A stretch of DNA of 64,000 nucleotides from Candidatus Doudnabacteria bacterium (GCA_041389225.1 JAWKSI010000001.1:51821-115820), one strand, 5' to 3'. Positions 37,801 to 48,849 are shown, numbered from the stretch's first letter. Made by a program: numbers and translations. Notes: a model not told the origin generated them from the letters alone.

Positions 37801-39858
37801 ATGGACCTTAAACTGACAGACAAAGTTACACAAATGCCGGGCGTTGGTCCGGCATTTTCAAAACAGCTCGCCAAACTTAAAGTCAAGACGATCGCAGACT
37901 TATGGTACCACTTTCCTAATCGATATGTTGATTTTAGTAAACAAATTCAAATCGCCGAAGCCCAGAATAATCAGTTAGGAACTTTTATTGGAACAATCTC
38001 TCAATTAACCAAAAGTAGTCGTTTTGGACGCAGAGCCAGCATAGTGAGAGCCAAGCTAACCGACAAAAGCGGCAGTATTGATTTGGTTTGGTTCAACCAA
38101 CCCTATGTTGCAATCATTCTTAAAAATAAAATGAAGATTGCGGTTTCTGGTAAAGTAGGTCAATTTAACTCTCTGCAATTAACTAATCCGCTATTTGAAC
38201 CTGTGCAAAAAGCAGGGACAAAGACCAGTAAGATTATTCCAATTTATCCCTTAACCAAAGGTTTAACCAATCAAAAGCTCGTTAATTTAATTGAGTTGAT
38301 TAAGAACATTCAAATTCCAGATTACTTATCACAAAATCTTCTTAATAAATTTGAGTTGCAAAAACTCTCAGACAGCTTACACAATTTACACTTCCCAAAC
38401 AATTTGGATAACATTCAAGACTCTCAATTTAGAATTGCAGTAGACGATACGTTACCAGAACAACTCGCTGTACTCAAAAATGAACAAGCGATTCAAGAAA
38501 AGCCAGCACTCCAAATTCCTATTCCACTCAAAGAAATCAAATCGTTTATAACAAACCTCCCATTTAACTTAACCAACTCCCAAAAGCGTGCCATTTGGGA
38601 CATTGTTACCGATCTCAATTCTACTACTCCAAGCAATCGCTTATTACAAGGTGACGTATCGAGTGGTAAAACTATGGTCGCGATTTTAGCCAGCTTAGCT
38701 ATAGCCAATCATGGCTCGCAAGTAGCAATCCTTGCGCCAACCGAAATACTAGCAGAACAACACTTTAAAACTTTTAAAGAATTTCTCGCTAAGTACAAAA
38801 TAAACATCACGTTACTCACGCAAAATAATGCCAGTACAGTAACAAAAAATAAATCTCAAGTTTTAAACAAGTCTGATGTTTTGAACCACATCCAGACAGG
38901 TCAAAGCTCTATCGTCATAGGAACTCACGCTTTACTTAAGAATAAAGTTGCCTGGCATAAGTTAAGCCTGGTTATTATAGATGAACAACACCGCTTTGGT
39001 GTAACCCAAAGACGTCAACTCAAAAACTTCTCCGTAGATTCTACACCACACCTATTAACTATGTCCGCAACTCCGATCCCACGCACACTCGCTCTATCAT
39101 TATATGGAAAACTCAAAGTTTCGAGATTATTAGCCATCCCAAATTTACGCAAACCTATTCTGACCAAACTCGCCAATCAAAGCGACAGAGCGTTGGTTTA
39201 TCAACACATCACCAAAGAAATCAAAAACGGCAATCAATGTTTCGTAGTCACTCCCAAAATTAACGAATCAGACGGACAAGTCAAATCTGTCAAAACAGAA
39301 TTCGAACAAATCAAAACTAAGTTCAAACAATTTAGAGTTGGCTTGATACACGGCCAACTCCAAAGCGATCAAAAGTCTCAAGTCATGCAAGACTTCATTG
39401 ACAAAAAATTGGATATTTTGGTAGCAACCACAGTAATTGAAATTGGGATCGACATCCCTGACGCAACTATTATTGTTATCGAAGGGGCCGAAAGGTTTGG
39501 TTTAGCTCAACTCCACCAGCTCAGAGGACGAGTTGGTCGGAGTAATAAACAGAGCTACTGTTATATTTTTTGTTCAAGTGATTTTCCGCAAGAAGTCCCG
39601 CGCTTACAAATTTTTGCCCAAACCCAAGATGGTTTAGCTCTAGCAGAATACGATCTCAAAACTCGAGGCTTTGGTGATCTTTTTGGGCAATCTCAATCTG
39701 GTTTTAACTTCAAATTTCCAGCTTTTATTACTATCAAAGCTCTCCAAACAGCCAGAAAACTTGGCCAAGAAATTCTGGCCTTAGATCCAACTCTCAACAA
39801 CTACCCGTTCCTCAAAAAAACTGTTAATCAATTAAGCAAAACTATCCATCTTGAATAA
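37801..39858 (+). CDS. recG: ATP-dependent DNA helicase RecG
   Basis: Wedge domain, LLQGDVSSGKT, DEQHRFG, MSATPIPR, QLHQLRGRVGR. Confidence 0.96.
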   Translation: MDLKLTDKVTQMPGVGPAFSKQLAKLKVKTIADLWYHFPNRYVDFSKQIQIAEAQNNQLGTFIGTISQLTKSSRFGRRASIVRAKLTDKSGSIDLVWFNQPYVAIILKNKMKIAVSGKVGQFNSLQLTNPLFEPVQKAGTKTSKIIPIYPLTKGLTNQKLVNLIELIKNIQIPDYLSQNLLNKFELQKLSDSLHNLHFPNNLDNIQDSQFRIAVDDTLPEQLAVLKNEQAIQEKPALQIPIPLKEIKSFITNLPFNLTNSQKRAIWDIVTDLNSTTPSNRLLQGDVSSGKTMVAILASLAIANHGSQVAILAPTEILAEQHFKTFKEFLAKYKINITLLTQNNASTVTKNKSQVLNKSDVLNHIQTGQSSIVIGTHALLKNKVAWHKLSLVIIDEQHRFGVTQRRQLKNFSVDSTPHLLTMSATPIPRTLALSLYGKLKVSRLLAIPNLRKPILTKLANQSDRALVYQHITKEIKNGNQCFVVTPKINESDGQVKSVKTEFEQIKTKFKQFRVGLIHGQLQSDQKSQVMQDFIDKKLDILVATTVIEIGIDIPDATIIVIEGAERFGLAQLHQLRGRVGRSNKQSYCYIFCSSDFPQEVPRLQIFAQTQDGLALAEYDLKTRGFGDLFGQSQSGFNFKFPAFITIKALQTARKLGQEILALDPTLNNYPFLKKTVNQLSKTIHLE

Positions 39859-39884
39859 CAAAAAAGCATGGTTGAGACCGTAAT

Positions 39885-39913
39885 TTGACACAACCCTAAT
39901 TTGATGATATAAA
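39885..39913 (+). promoter_or_regulatory. sigma70 promoter
   Basis: TTGACA-N17-TATAAA upstream of a small ORF. Confidence 0.6.
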
Positions 39914-39992
39914 AATAAAGTATCCTAGCAACATCGGGGTACGCGTCGTCCCGACGGCGTTGAAAAAACAAAAAAAGAGGAATGTATGAACT

Positions 39993-40202
39993 ATGAACAT
40001 CAAAAAAATTATGGAGGAAGAACGCCAGAAAAGCCGGAGAGTAAGAAGAGTATCATCTTACGATCGAGGTGCTCGAGTAGATAGCACTGAAATTGAAAAA
40101 ACACCTGGATCAGATGTCTTTATCAATTACGGCGATTACTGGAGTAGGCTGAACACCTACATACAAACTAAGCACGCGCGTTCAAGGTCAGCAAACGCTT
40201 AA
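39993..40202 (+). CDS. small basic hypothetical protein
   Basis: 69-aa ORF with own promoter, GAGG upstream and terminator. Confidence 0.55.
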   Translation: MNIKKIMEEERQKSRRVRRVSSYDRGARVDSTEIEKTPGSDVFINYGDYWSRLNTYIQTKHARSRSANA

Positions 40203-40215
40203 TTTTTCTTCCACC

Positions 40216-40254
40216 CAACGGACCGACCCCCCCAACGGTCCGTTGTTTTTTTAT
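40216..40254. terminator. intrinsic terminator
   Basis: CAACGGACCG-loop-CGGTCCGTTG followed by a T-run. Confidence 0.75.
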
Positions 40255-41546
40255 TTTAAATCCAAAGTTTTTATAGACTTAGCCACTACCTGTTTGCTAA
40301 AACCAAGTTTCTTAGCTTCTTTGAGGCGTTTATCTTTTTGCGAAACTTGTCTAATTTCTCCCAAAAGACCAACCTCTCCAAAAGAAATCGTACCTTTAGG
40401 AAACGCTTTACCATAATAAGATGACAAAATCGCCATTACCACAGGAAGATCAGCAGCACGCTCAGTAATTTTGAAGCCACCTGCAACGTTAATGAATACA
40501 TCCTGGTTAGATAAATTGATTCCCAAAGTCTTTTGCATAATTGCAATCAAAAGTTGCAGTCGGTTAACATCAAATCCCGAAGCCACGCGCCGCGGATAAT
40601 TCAAATTTGTCGTGTTGGTCAAAGCTTGGATTTCGACCAACAAAACTTTATTACCTTCGAGCACCGCAGTAACACTGCTCCCAGGCAAGCTTTCAGTTTT
40701 GTGTTCTAAAAACATCGCTGCTGGATTAGCGACCTCGACCAAGCCGATATCTTTCATCTCTAAAACCCCAACCTCACCGATGCTCCCAAAGCGATTTTTG
40801 TTTCCTCGTAATATTCTCAAGTCCCCCAAACGCTCACCTTCTAAATACAACACTGCATCTACCATATGTTCGATTGTCTTTGGTCCAGCTAACATACCTT
40901 CTTTGGTCACATGACCAATTAGCAGAGTTGTAGTATTGGTAGTTTTTGCTAATCTTACCAAACTATTGGTCACAAAGGATAACTGCGAAACTCCACCAAT
41001 CACCCCACCGGCTTGCTCACTACTCATAGTTTGAATCGAATCAATAATCACCATTTGAGGTTTGACTTGCAAAATAACTTGTTCAATTGCTTCAAAGTTA
41101 GTTTCCGAAAAGACCGCAATATCTTGCTTAAGACCTAAGCGTTGATTACGCATTTTGATTTGCTCAGCAGATTCTTCGCCACTCACGTACAGTACCGAAT
41201 GGTTATTTTTTTCTAATAAATTTGCTAATTGCAAAGACAAAGTTGACTTTCCGATTCCTGGATCGCCACCAAGCAAAATCACCGAGCCTGGAACAAACCC
41301 ACCACCAAGAACTAAGTCTACTTCGCCAATTCCGCTCGAAAATCTTGAAACTTGTTTAATATTAACTTGAGAAAGCCTTTGCGGTTGACTACTCAAAAAC
41401 ATAGCTTGAGATTTACTCGCGCTTGTACGCTGTGGGGCAGCCTGCTCTATATAAGTATTCCACTGTTCACAAGCCGAGCATTTGCCTTGCCATTTTGGGC
41501 TAGTTTGACCGCAATTTTGGCAAATAAATATAGTTTTCTTTGACAT
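40251..41546 (-). CDS. radA: DNA repair protein RadA/Sms
   Basis: C4 zinc finger, GGDPGIGKSTL, KNRFG, Lon-like C-terminus. Confidence 0.97.
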   Translation of the reverse strand: MSKKTIFICQNCGQTSPKWQGKCSACEQWNTYIEQAAPQRTSASKSQAMFLSSQPQRLSQVNIKQVSRFSSGIGEVDLVLGGGFVPGSVILLGGDPGIGKSTLSLQLANLLEKNNHSVLYVSGEESAEQIKMRNQRLGLKQDIAVFSETNFEAIEQVILQVKPQMVIIDSIQTMSSEQAGGVIGGVSQLSFVTNSLVRLAKTTNTTTLLIGHVTKEGMLAGPKTIEHMVDAVLYLEGERLGDLRILRGNKNRFGSIGEVGVLEMKDIGLVEVANPAAMFLEHKTESLPGSSVTAVLEGNKVLLVEIQALTNTTNLNYPRRVASGFDVNRLQLLIAIMQKTLGINLSNQDVFINVAGGFKITERAADLPVVMAILSSYYGKAFPKGTISFGEVGLLGEIRQVSQKDKRLKEAKKLGFSKQVVAKSIKTLDLK

Positions 41547-41587
41547 AATCTAATTATAGCGTAATTGCTTCAAGAAAATTTCCACAA

Positions 41588-41619
41588 AAAAAATCCTCGC
41601 TTGTGGTGCGAGGATTTTT
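41588..41619 (-). terminator. intrinsic terminator
   Basis: AAAAATCCTCGC-loop-GCGAGGATTTTT. Confidence 0.7.
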
Positions 41620-41634
41620 GATTTTATCATTTTT

Positions 41635-42780
41635 TTAATTTCCAGTTTCACTAGAATTTGCAGAAAATAGAAAAATATAATACAAGGCATTATCAGTAGA
41701 ATTTCTAAAGAACAAAACATCTTCGTTTTGGCTCAAAACCATATCTACCGCGCTGATAGTAACTCCTGGCGAGAACTCAGTCCGCTGATTAGTCACAACA
41801 TCAACTTTATAGATCGTCTCTTGACCTGCAGTCAAATCTTGAGCAGCTGCAATGACACTTTGACTATCTTTAGTCCAAACTGCTTTAACATTAGAAGTAT
41901 TAAGACCCAAACTCTTTAACTCCCCAGTGACCAAATTCTTAACCCATAACGTATTCTGTCGAGTTGTTGGATCAAGCTTTGTAAACAAAAACTTATTGCT
42001 ATCAGGACTCCAAGTCACACCAGTATTATATCCGTCGGTGATTACAGAACTAAAGGTTTTACCATCAGGTGTGACGCTGTTGATTTTATTCAAATTAGGA
42101 TTCGCTGTTTGAGTTCGATAAAACAAAATATTTTGGCCATTAGGAGAAATATGAATAACGTTATCAGGTTCGTATAAGTCGGTCAAAATTTGATAATTAT
42201 TTGTATCAGGATCAGCTAAGTTAAGCGTTGTATTTCCTTCCCCGTCAACCCAAGTAAACATAATTTTATCACCAGTTGGCATCCAATCTACGCTCTTAAC
42301 TTGACTTGGTAAATCAACATATAAACCAGAATCAGGATTATAAAAACTCCATGTCTTACTCAAACCTTCGCCGAATTCGACCATATAACTATTGCCAACT
42401 AACGGCCACAAAATCTTCGAAATACCAGATTTTGGAGGAACGGTCACTTCTCTTTTATTACTAAGCAAAACCGTATTATTAGAAATACTATAATCTGTAA
42501 TATATAATTGCCCTGACCGCACCGCATATGATAAGCCGTCACCTCTAAAGGTGAGAATCGGAGAAATCGTATAATCGTCTGTTAATTTAGACGCGCCCGT
42601 AGGCTGAGGTTCTAAATCTGGTTCTTCTACTGGAACTTCGATTTGTGGTTGCTCTACTACAGGGGTAGTATCAGTCTGAGCATTATCATTACTCGAACTT
42701 TTTTGCCAAATAATAAAACCCAAAGTTCCTACAATAAGTAGAAAAATTGCACCCAATATAACGATAGCTCTTCTATTCAC
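41635..42780 (-). CDS. membrane-anchored beta-propeller (TolB/PD40-like) protein
   Basis: N-terminal TM; WMPTGD, ISPNGQ, WSPDSN, WTKDSQ repeats. Confidence 0.75.
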   Translation of the reverse strand: MNRRAIVILGAIFLLIVGTLGFIIWQKSSSNDNAQTDTTPVVEQPQIEVPVEEPDLEPQPTGASKLTDDYTISPILTFRGDGLSYAVRSGQLYITDYSISNNTVLLSNKREVTVPPKSGISKILWPLVGNSYMVEFGEGLSKTWSFYNPDSGLYVDLPSQVKSVDWMPTGDKIMFTWVDGEGNTTLNLADPDTNNYQILTDLYEPDNVIHISPNGQNILFYRTQTANPNLNKINSVTPDGKTFSSVITDGYNTGVTWSPDSNKFLFTKLDPTTRQNTLWVKNLVTGELKSLGLNTSNVKAVWTKDSQSVIAAAQDLTAGQETIYKVDVVTNQRTEFSPGVTISAVDMVLSQNEDVLFFRNSTDNALYYIFLFSANSSETGN

Positions 42781-42843
42781 TTTAGTAACCCTTTCTTTTT
42801 GTTTCTTTTGCTTAGAACTTTTACTTTATTATACCACAATTTT

Positions 42844-43896
42844 CTAAAACGATTTAATCCAAGTACACACATCTTGAGTGGTCGAAGCGTATTCTGTTCC
42901 TGTCGCCCAATCCACAACCGATGACACCGCGCCTTGAATCGTCCCTATGACGCCACCACTTCCAAGTCCAGTTGTATCACACACATACCACCATATCGCC
43001 GCAAAAAATATAACCATCATGCTTATTACAAAGAAGTCAAAAATAATCACAAGTGCTTGTTCCCACCATACAAACCCTTGAAACAATGCAACATTTTTGA
43101 ACATCCACCCAGCGATCATATACAAAGTTAAAAACAACATTATAAAAGGTGAGACAATAATTGATATAGGTGAAGACACTACCGCCAGACATAACAGCAA
43201 AACCACAAACATAAAAACTTTTGTAGCCGCACGGGTTGCCAAAAAAGTTGCTCGACTAATGTTACCATCTTTAAGTTCAAAACCCGCCTCTACTGCATCG
43301 TTGACTCCAAGACTAATTGCAATGTTTAAAAAAATAGATACCAAAAATCCCAATCCTAAAGTTTCAACTCCAGTTGCTGCTCCCCCCGCTGTAACAGCTG
43401 CTTGCAAACCTTTGGTGGCTGCTTGAGCCCCAGCTTTAGCTGTCGTTTTTGCTATCTGTTCTGCACCTTTTTTGGCAATTTTCTTCGCGCCTTCTTTTGC
43501 TAATTTACCAGCGCTTTTACTCAAGCCCTTTTGGAACCCTTTTTTAAAAGCTTCATTCCCAATCTTTTTGCCCAAATACTGGCTTGCTTTTTTACGGGCA
43601 ACTCGATTTGCATAGCGCTTAGCAAAATCATGATTACCGTCACCTGATTGATTAGCAAATTTATCAACGCCAAAGTTTTTTCCTAATTTTGTATCACCAA
43701 GCTTATTTAGAACAGTCTGACCTGCACGTTTTTGCGCTGCCTCTTTAGCTTTACGCATTGCTGTATTTTTGAGCTCATCAAAAACTTTGGACGAACGGTT
43801 AGAAGCCGAATCCGGCAAAACACCATTTTGGTTTTGATCTAAAATCGAATCAGCATCCGAACCATAATTATTTTCATCATACAACAACATAACCAA
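42844..43896 (-). CDS. hypothetical membrane protein with Lys/Ala-rich N-terminal half
   Basis: 350-aa ORF abutting virB4; several C-terminal TMs. Confidence 0.7.
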   Translation of the reverse strand: MVMLLYDENNYGSDADSILDQNQNGVLPDSASNRSSKVFDELKNTAMRKAKEAAQKRAGQTVLNKLGDTKLGKNFGVDKFANQSGDGNHDFAKRYANRVARKKASQYLGKKIGNEAFKKGFQKGLSKSAGKLAKEGAKKIAKKGAEQIAKTTAKAGAQAATKGLQAAVTAGGAATGVETLGLGFLVSIFLNIAISLGVNDAVEAGFELKDGNISRATFLATRAATKVFMFVVLLLCLAVVSSPISIIVSPFIMLFLTLYMIAGWMFKNVALFQGFVWWEQALVIIFDFFVISMMVIFFAAIWWYVCDTTGLGSGGVIGTIQGAVSSVVDWATGTEYASTTQDVCTWIKSF

Positions 43897-45744
43897 CTAT
43901 AATTCGGTTAAATCTTCTTTGCTTTCTTCGATTTCTAATAACTGTTTTGGGTCTGTCGTAATAATTTGATCCTCAACATATGAAGCATAAATTTTGATTG
44001 CTGCGTGTTTAAGCCCGGCAAAGAAAATACCTTCCCCAACGTCACTTTCGAGCAATAAGTATTTTTCACCTTCGGTTAGGAAGAAAGTTTCTTGGACAAT
44101 ATCAATCGCTGCTGGGCTTTGCTTGAGCAACAATTGAATCGAAGAGTTAGTCACAATTGGCTTACCGTAAGGACTAGCCATAAAATCTGCCACGTCTTGA
44201 GTAATGGTCGTCAAGCCAAGGTAATATTTACGTGCTCTTTTTGCAATTCCATAGACAAACCTGGCGCTATCTTCGTGTTGCATCATAATCCAAGCTTCGT
44301 CTAAGACAAGAATGCGTTTTTTGAGTTCGCTTCTGACTACATTCCAAATATGTCCAAGCACAATATACATAGCGATTGGTCTAAGTTGATCTTCCAAATC
44401 ACGAATCGAAAAGACCAGCATTTGGTTATTAAGCTGAACATTAGTTTGGTTATTTAACAAACCGGCAAAAGTTCCTTCTGTAAACTTCCCTAAACGTAAA
44501 GCCAAACCTTCTCCACCAACCATACCTTGCAAAATTTCGATCAGATCTTCCATTACTGGCATTTCAAGGTTTTGGAAATTTGAATTTTCGGTAATATCTT
44601 TTTTAGCATAAGTTTGCCAAATCGCTTTGTCCAAAATTGCTTCTTCGGTTGGATCAAGCTGTCCTAAGACCAACCCCATCAAGCCCATAATATTTATTAC
44701 CGCGGCACGCAAAGTATCGGCCGAATCTTCATCTGCGATTCCAATAGGAAGATCAAACGGATTAATTCTAAAGTCAGAGTTGAGCGAAAGATTAATGTAT
44801 GTTCCGCCAACAGCTTCAGCCAAATGTTGATATTCATTTTCTGGGTCGATAACAATAACATCAATACCAACCATTAACGAACGCAGGATTTCTAATTTTA
44901 CAGCGTACGACTTCCCTGCCCCAGATTTTGCAAAAACGACAAAGTTTGCGTTCTCCATCTGAAAACGATCAAACAAAATTAAACTATTATTATGACGGTT
45001 AACCCCGTACAAAATTCCATCATTCCCAGTAAGGTCAGAAGAGACAAAAGGAAAAGTGCTCGACAAAGGACTAGTGTTAAGATTATTTGCCACATCAAGT
45101 TCGTCCAAACCTAACGGCAAAGTCGAATTAAAACCAGGTTCGGTTGCCAGCATCGCGCGTTTTGTCACAACTAATTTAGCTCCTAATGCGCTTTCTAAAA
45201 TTTTAGAATTCTTGTCTAAGTTTTCCAAACTATCTGCGTATAAAGTAAAGTAAAGAGCAAACCGAAAGTAATGCTCAGTTCCTTGTTGCAACTCATCACG
45301 CAACTCTTCGACATCATGATACGCTGTTTCGAGCATTGGATTGCGAGCCAAACCTTTTTCTTGTTCGATGGTGATTTGCGAGCCAATTTCCCCAACTTTG
45401 GATTTTAATTTTTTGAGGACCACCCCAGAATCAATCGGGTAAATAAACATCGAAACATCCATCGCACTTTCGGAGTTGATAATAAAAGACAACCAATTGC
45501 TAGACAAAAATCTAGGATAAGCTAAAACAAAAAAACTACGTCCAAACTTACCATTTAACTCAAAATGGCTTTGGGTAAACTTAAGCGAAGCTGGAGAAAG
45601 CAAATCACGCAAAGTCGTAATACCAGCGCGGTACTCCTTCTCTACTTCGGCCAACTTTTTGTCCGCCGAAACTTCACCTTTGAGATGCTCAAGCTCAGCT
45701 CGCTTTTTATCGATATCAGATTTATTTAAAGAAAATAAAGCCAT
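43897..45744 (-). CDS. VirB4-like ATPase
   Basis: GILYGVN, AKSGAGKS, IDPENEY, INPFDL, VLDEAW, RARKY, TQDV. Confidence 0.92.
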   Translation of the reverse strand: MALFSLNKSDIDKKRAELEHLKGEVSADKKLAEVEKEYRAGITTLRDLLSPASLKFTQSHFELNGKFGRSFFVLAYPRFLSSNWLSFIINSESAMDVSMFIYPIDSGVVLKKLKSKVGEIGSQITIEQEKGLARNPMLETAYHDVEELRDELQQGTEHYFRFALYFTLYADSLENLDKNSKILESALGAKLVVTKRAMLATEPGFNSTLPLGLDELDVANNLNTSPLSSTFPFVSSDLTGNDGILYGVNRHNNSLILFDRFQMENANFVVFAKSGAGKSYAVKLEILRSLMVGIDVIVIDPENEYQHLAEAVGGTYINLSLNSDFRINPFDLPIGIADEDSADTLRAAVINIMGLMGLVLGQLDPTEEAILDKAIWQTYAKKDITENSNFQNLEMPVMEDLIEILQGMVGGEGLALRLGKFTEGTFAGLLNNQTNVQLNNQMLVFSIRDLEDQLRPIAMYIVLGHIWNVVRSELKKRILVLDEAWIMMQHEDSARFVYGIAKRARKYYLGLTTITQDVADFMASPYGKPIVTNSSIQLLLKQSPAAIDIVQETFFLTEGEKYLLLESDVGEGIFFAGLKHAAIKIYASYVEDQIITTDPKQLLEIEESKEDLTEL

Positions 45745-46436
45745 TACTGTTGATTAGCGTTAATGGTAATTTTGGATAATTGTGCAGCATCTATCGTTGG
45801 TCCAGCAGCAAAGTTATACGAGTTATAAACCAATTCGATTAACTGATTGGTATTTAATCTCACCACCCTAAGCCCAATACTACTCAAATTGGATTCTACT
45901 GTAGTTGTACGCTCGTCCAAAACTCTACGGCCTTCGGTTATTTTGGTCTCTCTGTCCGCGATTTGCTTAGACTGTCCAGAACCAAAAATCTTGGCAAATA
46001 ACCCAACCGGATTTGGGTCAATTGGAATATTGTAAGGAACAATCACGTAAAAATTCTTATTCATTACATTAGCAGATTCAACTAAACGATCTACAAAATC
46101 AACATACTCAGCAGTTTGCACTTTGAGCAATTCGTTAGTTTGAGACTGCATCTTTTCTTTGAGCTTGGTTGTATAATCAGAAATTTCCATCTTACGGCTC
46201 TGCATCAAAATTTGAATATGATATTCCAAAGAATTAACAAATCTCTGATAACCGTAAATCAAAGCATTCTGCTCCTCTTCATTTTTGAGATCAAAGTTAG
46301 TGCTCGAAACAGCCAAAACCGAACGAATCCCTCCGTTCTTCATAATCAACATATCATCTCTAATCTCGGATACAGCCAAAAACTGCTGAGTCGGAGAGCC
46401 AAGAATTTTTTTTGTTTTGATTTCTTGATTAGCCAT
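45744..46436 (-). CDS. VirB4-associated protein (resembles VirB4/TraC N-terminal part)
   Basis: NFDLKNEEEQ, FVNSL, KNFYVIVPY; between prgI and virB4. Confidence 0.75.
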   Translation of the reverse strand: MANQEIKTKKILGSPTQQFLAVSEIRDDMLIMKNGGIRSVLAVSSTNFDLKNEEEQNALIYGYQRFVNSLEYHIQILMQSRKMEISDYTTKLKEKMQSQTNELLKVQTAEYVDFVDRLVESANVMNKNFYVIVPYNIPIDPNPVGLFAKIFGSGQSKQIADRETKITEGRRVLDERTTTVESNLSSIGLRVVRLNTNQLIELVYNSYNFAAGPTIDAAQLSKITINANQQ

Positions 46437-46885
46437 TAGTTTGGTTTTTGAGAAATTAAATCTAATAATTTTTTCTGTTCTGCCTGTTGCTGTTCTAATA
46501 CGTAATTAAGTTCTTTGATTTTTACACCTCGTTGGCTTAAGCTCTGATGGTCGGTGTCTTGCTCAGTAATTGTCACTTCCTGGTTAGAGTCGATTGCCAC
46601 CTGTCCTTCTTTGTGAAACACATAAATCTTGGCGCCTAATAAAAATCTAAAAAAATTACCAGCGCTAGAATACAACGGCCGACCATTCATTTTTCCAAAC
46701 GCCAAAACAATTGCAGGCAAACCAGTTAATATTCCAACAACAACAGTCACCAAAACTTGATTGGAAATTGTAAAAATCACGAACGTAAAAACTCCAGCTC
46801 CAAAGACAATCGCAAATTGTTTGAAGGTCATACCTCCAACAATTTTATCTTCAACATCTGTAAATTGTGGTACTGAGAATTGCAT
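46436..46885 (-). CDS. PrgI family protein (VirB3-like)
   Basis: MQFSVPQFTDVEDKIVGGMTFKQF, two TMs, NGRP. Confidence 0.88.
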   Translation of the reverse strand: MQFSVPQFTDVEDKIVGGMTFKQFAIVFGAGVFTFVIFTISNQVLVTVVVGILTGLPAIVLAFGKMNGRPLYSSAGNFFRFLLGAKIYVFHKEGQVAIDSNQEVTITEQDTDHQSLSQRGVKIKELNYVLEQQQAEQKKLLDLISQKPN

Positions 46886-46916
46886 ATTAATTATAACATT
46901 TAAAAATTAAACTTAT

Positions 46917-48062
46917 TTAACTTCTATTAATTTTGATTTCTTGTAGTAAATCTGCCATCATTGCAAATTGCTCTTCATTAAACCCGGACTGACTTATGTC
47001 ACGGCCTGACAAACTCAATCGTCCATACTCCATATAACCCTTATACAATGCACTTGCTTCCAGGCTATGTAGAATCGCGAAATAACCATTTATATTAATC
47101 AGATCAGATAAGTTACTCTTAATTTTTTGATAATTTCCTAAAGATAAATGCTTTGGTTCTAATTGCAAAACCTCTTCCAAACTAGAAAGTTCTGGCAGAT
47201 CAACATCAGGTGATGCTGGCACTTCCATAGAGGTAGAAGGAGTAGGAACACTGCTTTTTTTACTCGGAGAATCTACTCGCGCATCAGTTAACTTATTAGG
47301 CCAAGCCGCTACACCACCTTCATCACTTGGGGTCGAAGTGAGCTTTTGATTCAAAATCTTAGTCACGTCATCTTGCAAAGAAAATCTTGGATCAACTTGA
47401 GTAGGTTTTGGTATTTTGATTACTGGTCGGTTCTTATTTGTATCTATTTTTTGATCAGGTGCCCGCACTACAGATTTTGGTTTATCAACTTTGGTCTGCG
47501 GAGTGATAGGTCTTGTAGTCTGCACTGGACTATTTTGAGCCGCTTCTTGTGACGCAGGTTGCTTTGTTATTTGCTTGCTGGACGGCGAGCTGTTAATTAC
47601 AGATTGATGAGATTTGGCAATCAATTTATTAAGTTGATTGATATTCTGGCGAGTTACAGGAGTTCTTGCTGGCTTTACAAGTGGAGCTCCAGAAGGACTA
47701 AGAGAAGGACTAGCAGGAACTTGAGTACCAGCACTTGTTTGAGGCAAATGAGCTGCTAGCTCAGATGGCAAATTATTAATATGTTGCAACCCGCCTTGCG
47801 ACGCATCAGGCACAGGCAAATCTGCTGGTGCGTTAGTAATAAGACCAGATTTAGCTTGCTCTTCTTTTTGTCTCAGAGGCTGCTGGTTAACATTGGCCAT
47901 AGGACTTTGAGCCTTTGGTATCAAAATATCTTCCAACTCTTTAACCTGCTTATCATTCATTAATTCAAGCAAAGCTATCCAATCGGTTTTTTCTTGACTG
48001 GAAAGTAACTGACTTGAATTAATCAAAGCGACTAATCGATTGTAATGTTCTTGATTAAGCAT
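46917..48062 (-). CDS. hypothetical protein with long Pro/Ser/Gln-rich linker
   Basis: 381-aa ORF within the operon. Confidence 0.7.
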   Translation of the reverse strand: MLNQEHYNRLVALINSSQLLSSQEKTDWIALLELMNDKQVKELEDILIPKAQSPMANVNQQPLRQKEEQAKSGLITNAPADLPVPDASQGGLQHINNLPSELAAHLPQTSAGTQVPASPSLSPSGAPLVKPARTPVTRQNINQLNKLIAKSHQSVINSSPSSKQITKQPASQEAAQNSPVQTTRPITPQTKVDKPKSVVRAPDQKIDTNKNRPVIKIPKPTQVDPRFSLQDDVTKILNQKLTSTPSDEGGVAAWPNKLTDARVDSPSKKSSVPTPSTSMEVPASPDVDLPELSSLEEVLQLEPKHLSLGNYQKIKSNLSDLININGYFAILHSLEASALYKGYMEYGRLSLSGRDISQSGFNEEQFAMMADLLQEIKINRS

Positions 48063-48063
48063 T

Positions 48064-48810
48064 TTATTTTCTGTTTTTGAGTTCTGCTAACTTTTGATCA
48101 ATCATTGCTAACTTAGAAGATAAATTATCAACATTAACTGCTTCTTGGGGTTCTTCTTGTGGCTGACCTGGCTCAAAATCTATACCATATAAATCTTGAT
48201 AAAATTCTGCCCAATCAAAATCTTCAGGAAAATCATTGATATCAATTTCTTCTGGCAACAAATCCGCAAAAGCGGGATTGCTTTGTGCAAAATCTAATAG
48301 CTGAAAAATATTGTTCAAAATTCTCTCTTGACCAGCTGCCAACTTGCGCACCAATTCTGATTTACTGAAATACGAAACCAAATCTATCGCTTCACGCTCA
48401 AGTGGATTAACATTAGAAAAAGCAACGTAATCTTTGATCGCTTCCGAAATAGTCAGACCTTTCTCACTCTCGATGTTTGCTTTAAACAACAGCTGCTCAT
48501 TGTTATCTTCCAAAAGTTTTGCGACCTGGCGACACAACTCTAACATATCCGGAACAAATTCTATTTTTTCACAGTAGTCATTAAAGTTCTGGAATAAATC
48601 AAAATTTTCAATTTTGTAAGCAATCAAAATTGATTCGCTCATCAACCTGATTAGCCTTTCTTGACTCAAGCTTTGCATTCTCACATAGCTCAACATCAAC
48701 CTAAGTTCTCTAGTTAACTTAACTCGGCCTTCTTGTTCGGCCAATAGCAACTTAACCGCTTCCGAAGCATCTTGCGTTGATAAAATTGTTAATAATTCAC
48801 GTTCAGTCAT
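48064..48810 (-). CDS. hypothetical protein
   Basis: 248-aa acidic ORF within the operon. Confidence 0.7.
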   Translation of the reverse strand: MTERELLTILSTQDASEAVKLLLAEQEGRVKLTRELRLMLSYVRMQSLSQERLIRLMSESILIAYKIENFDLFQNFNDYCEKIEFVPDMLELCRQVAKLLEDNNEQLLFKANIESEKGLTISEAIKDYVAFSNVNPLEREAIDLVSYFSKSELVRKLAAGQERILNNIFQLLDFAQSNPAFADLLPEEIDINDFPEDFDWAEFYQDLYGIDFEPGQPQEEPQEAVNVDNLSSKLAMIDQKLAELKNRK

Positions 48811-48849
48811 TTTATTTTTTGTTTGTCTATCATTTAATCACTCAAGTTT

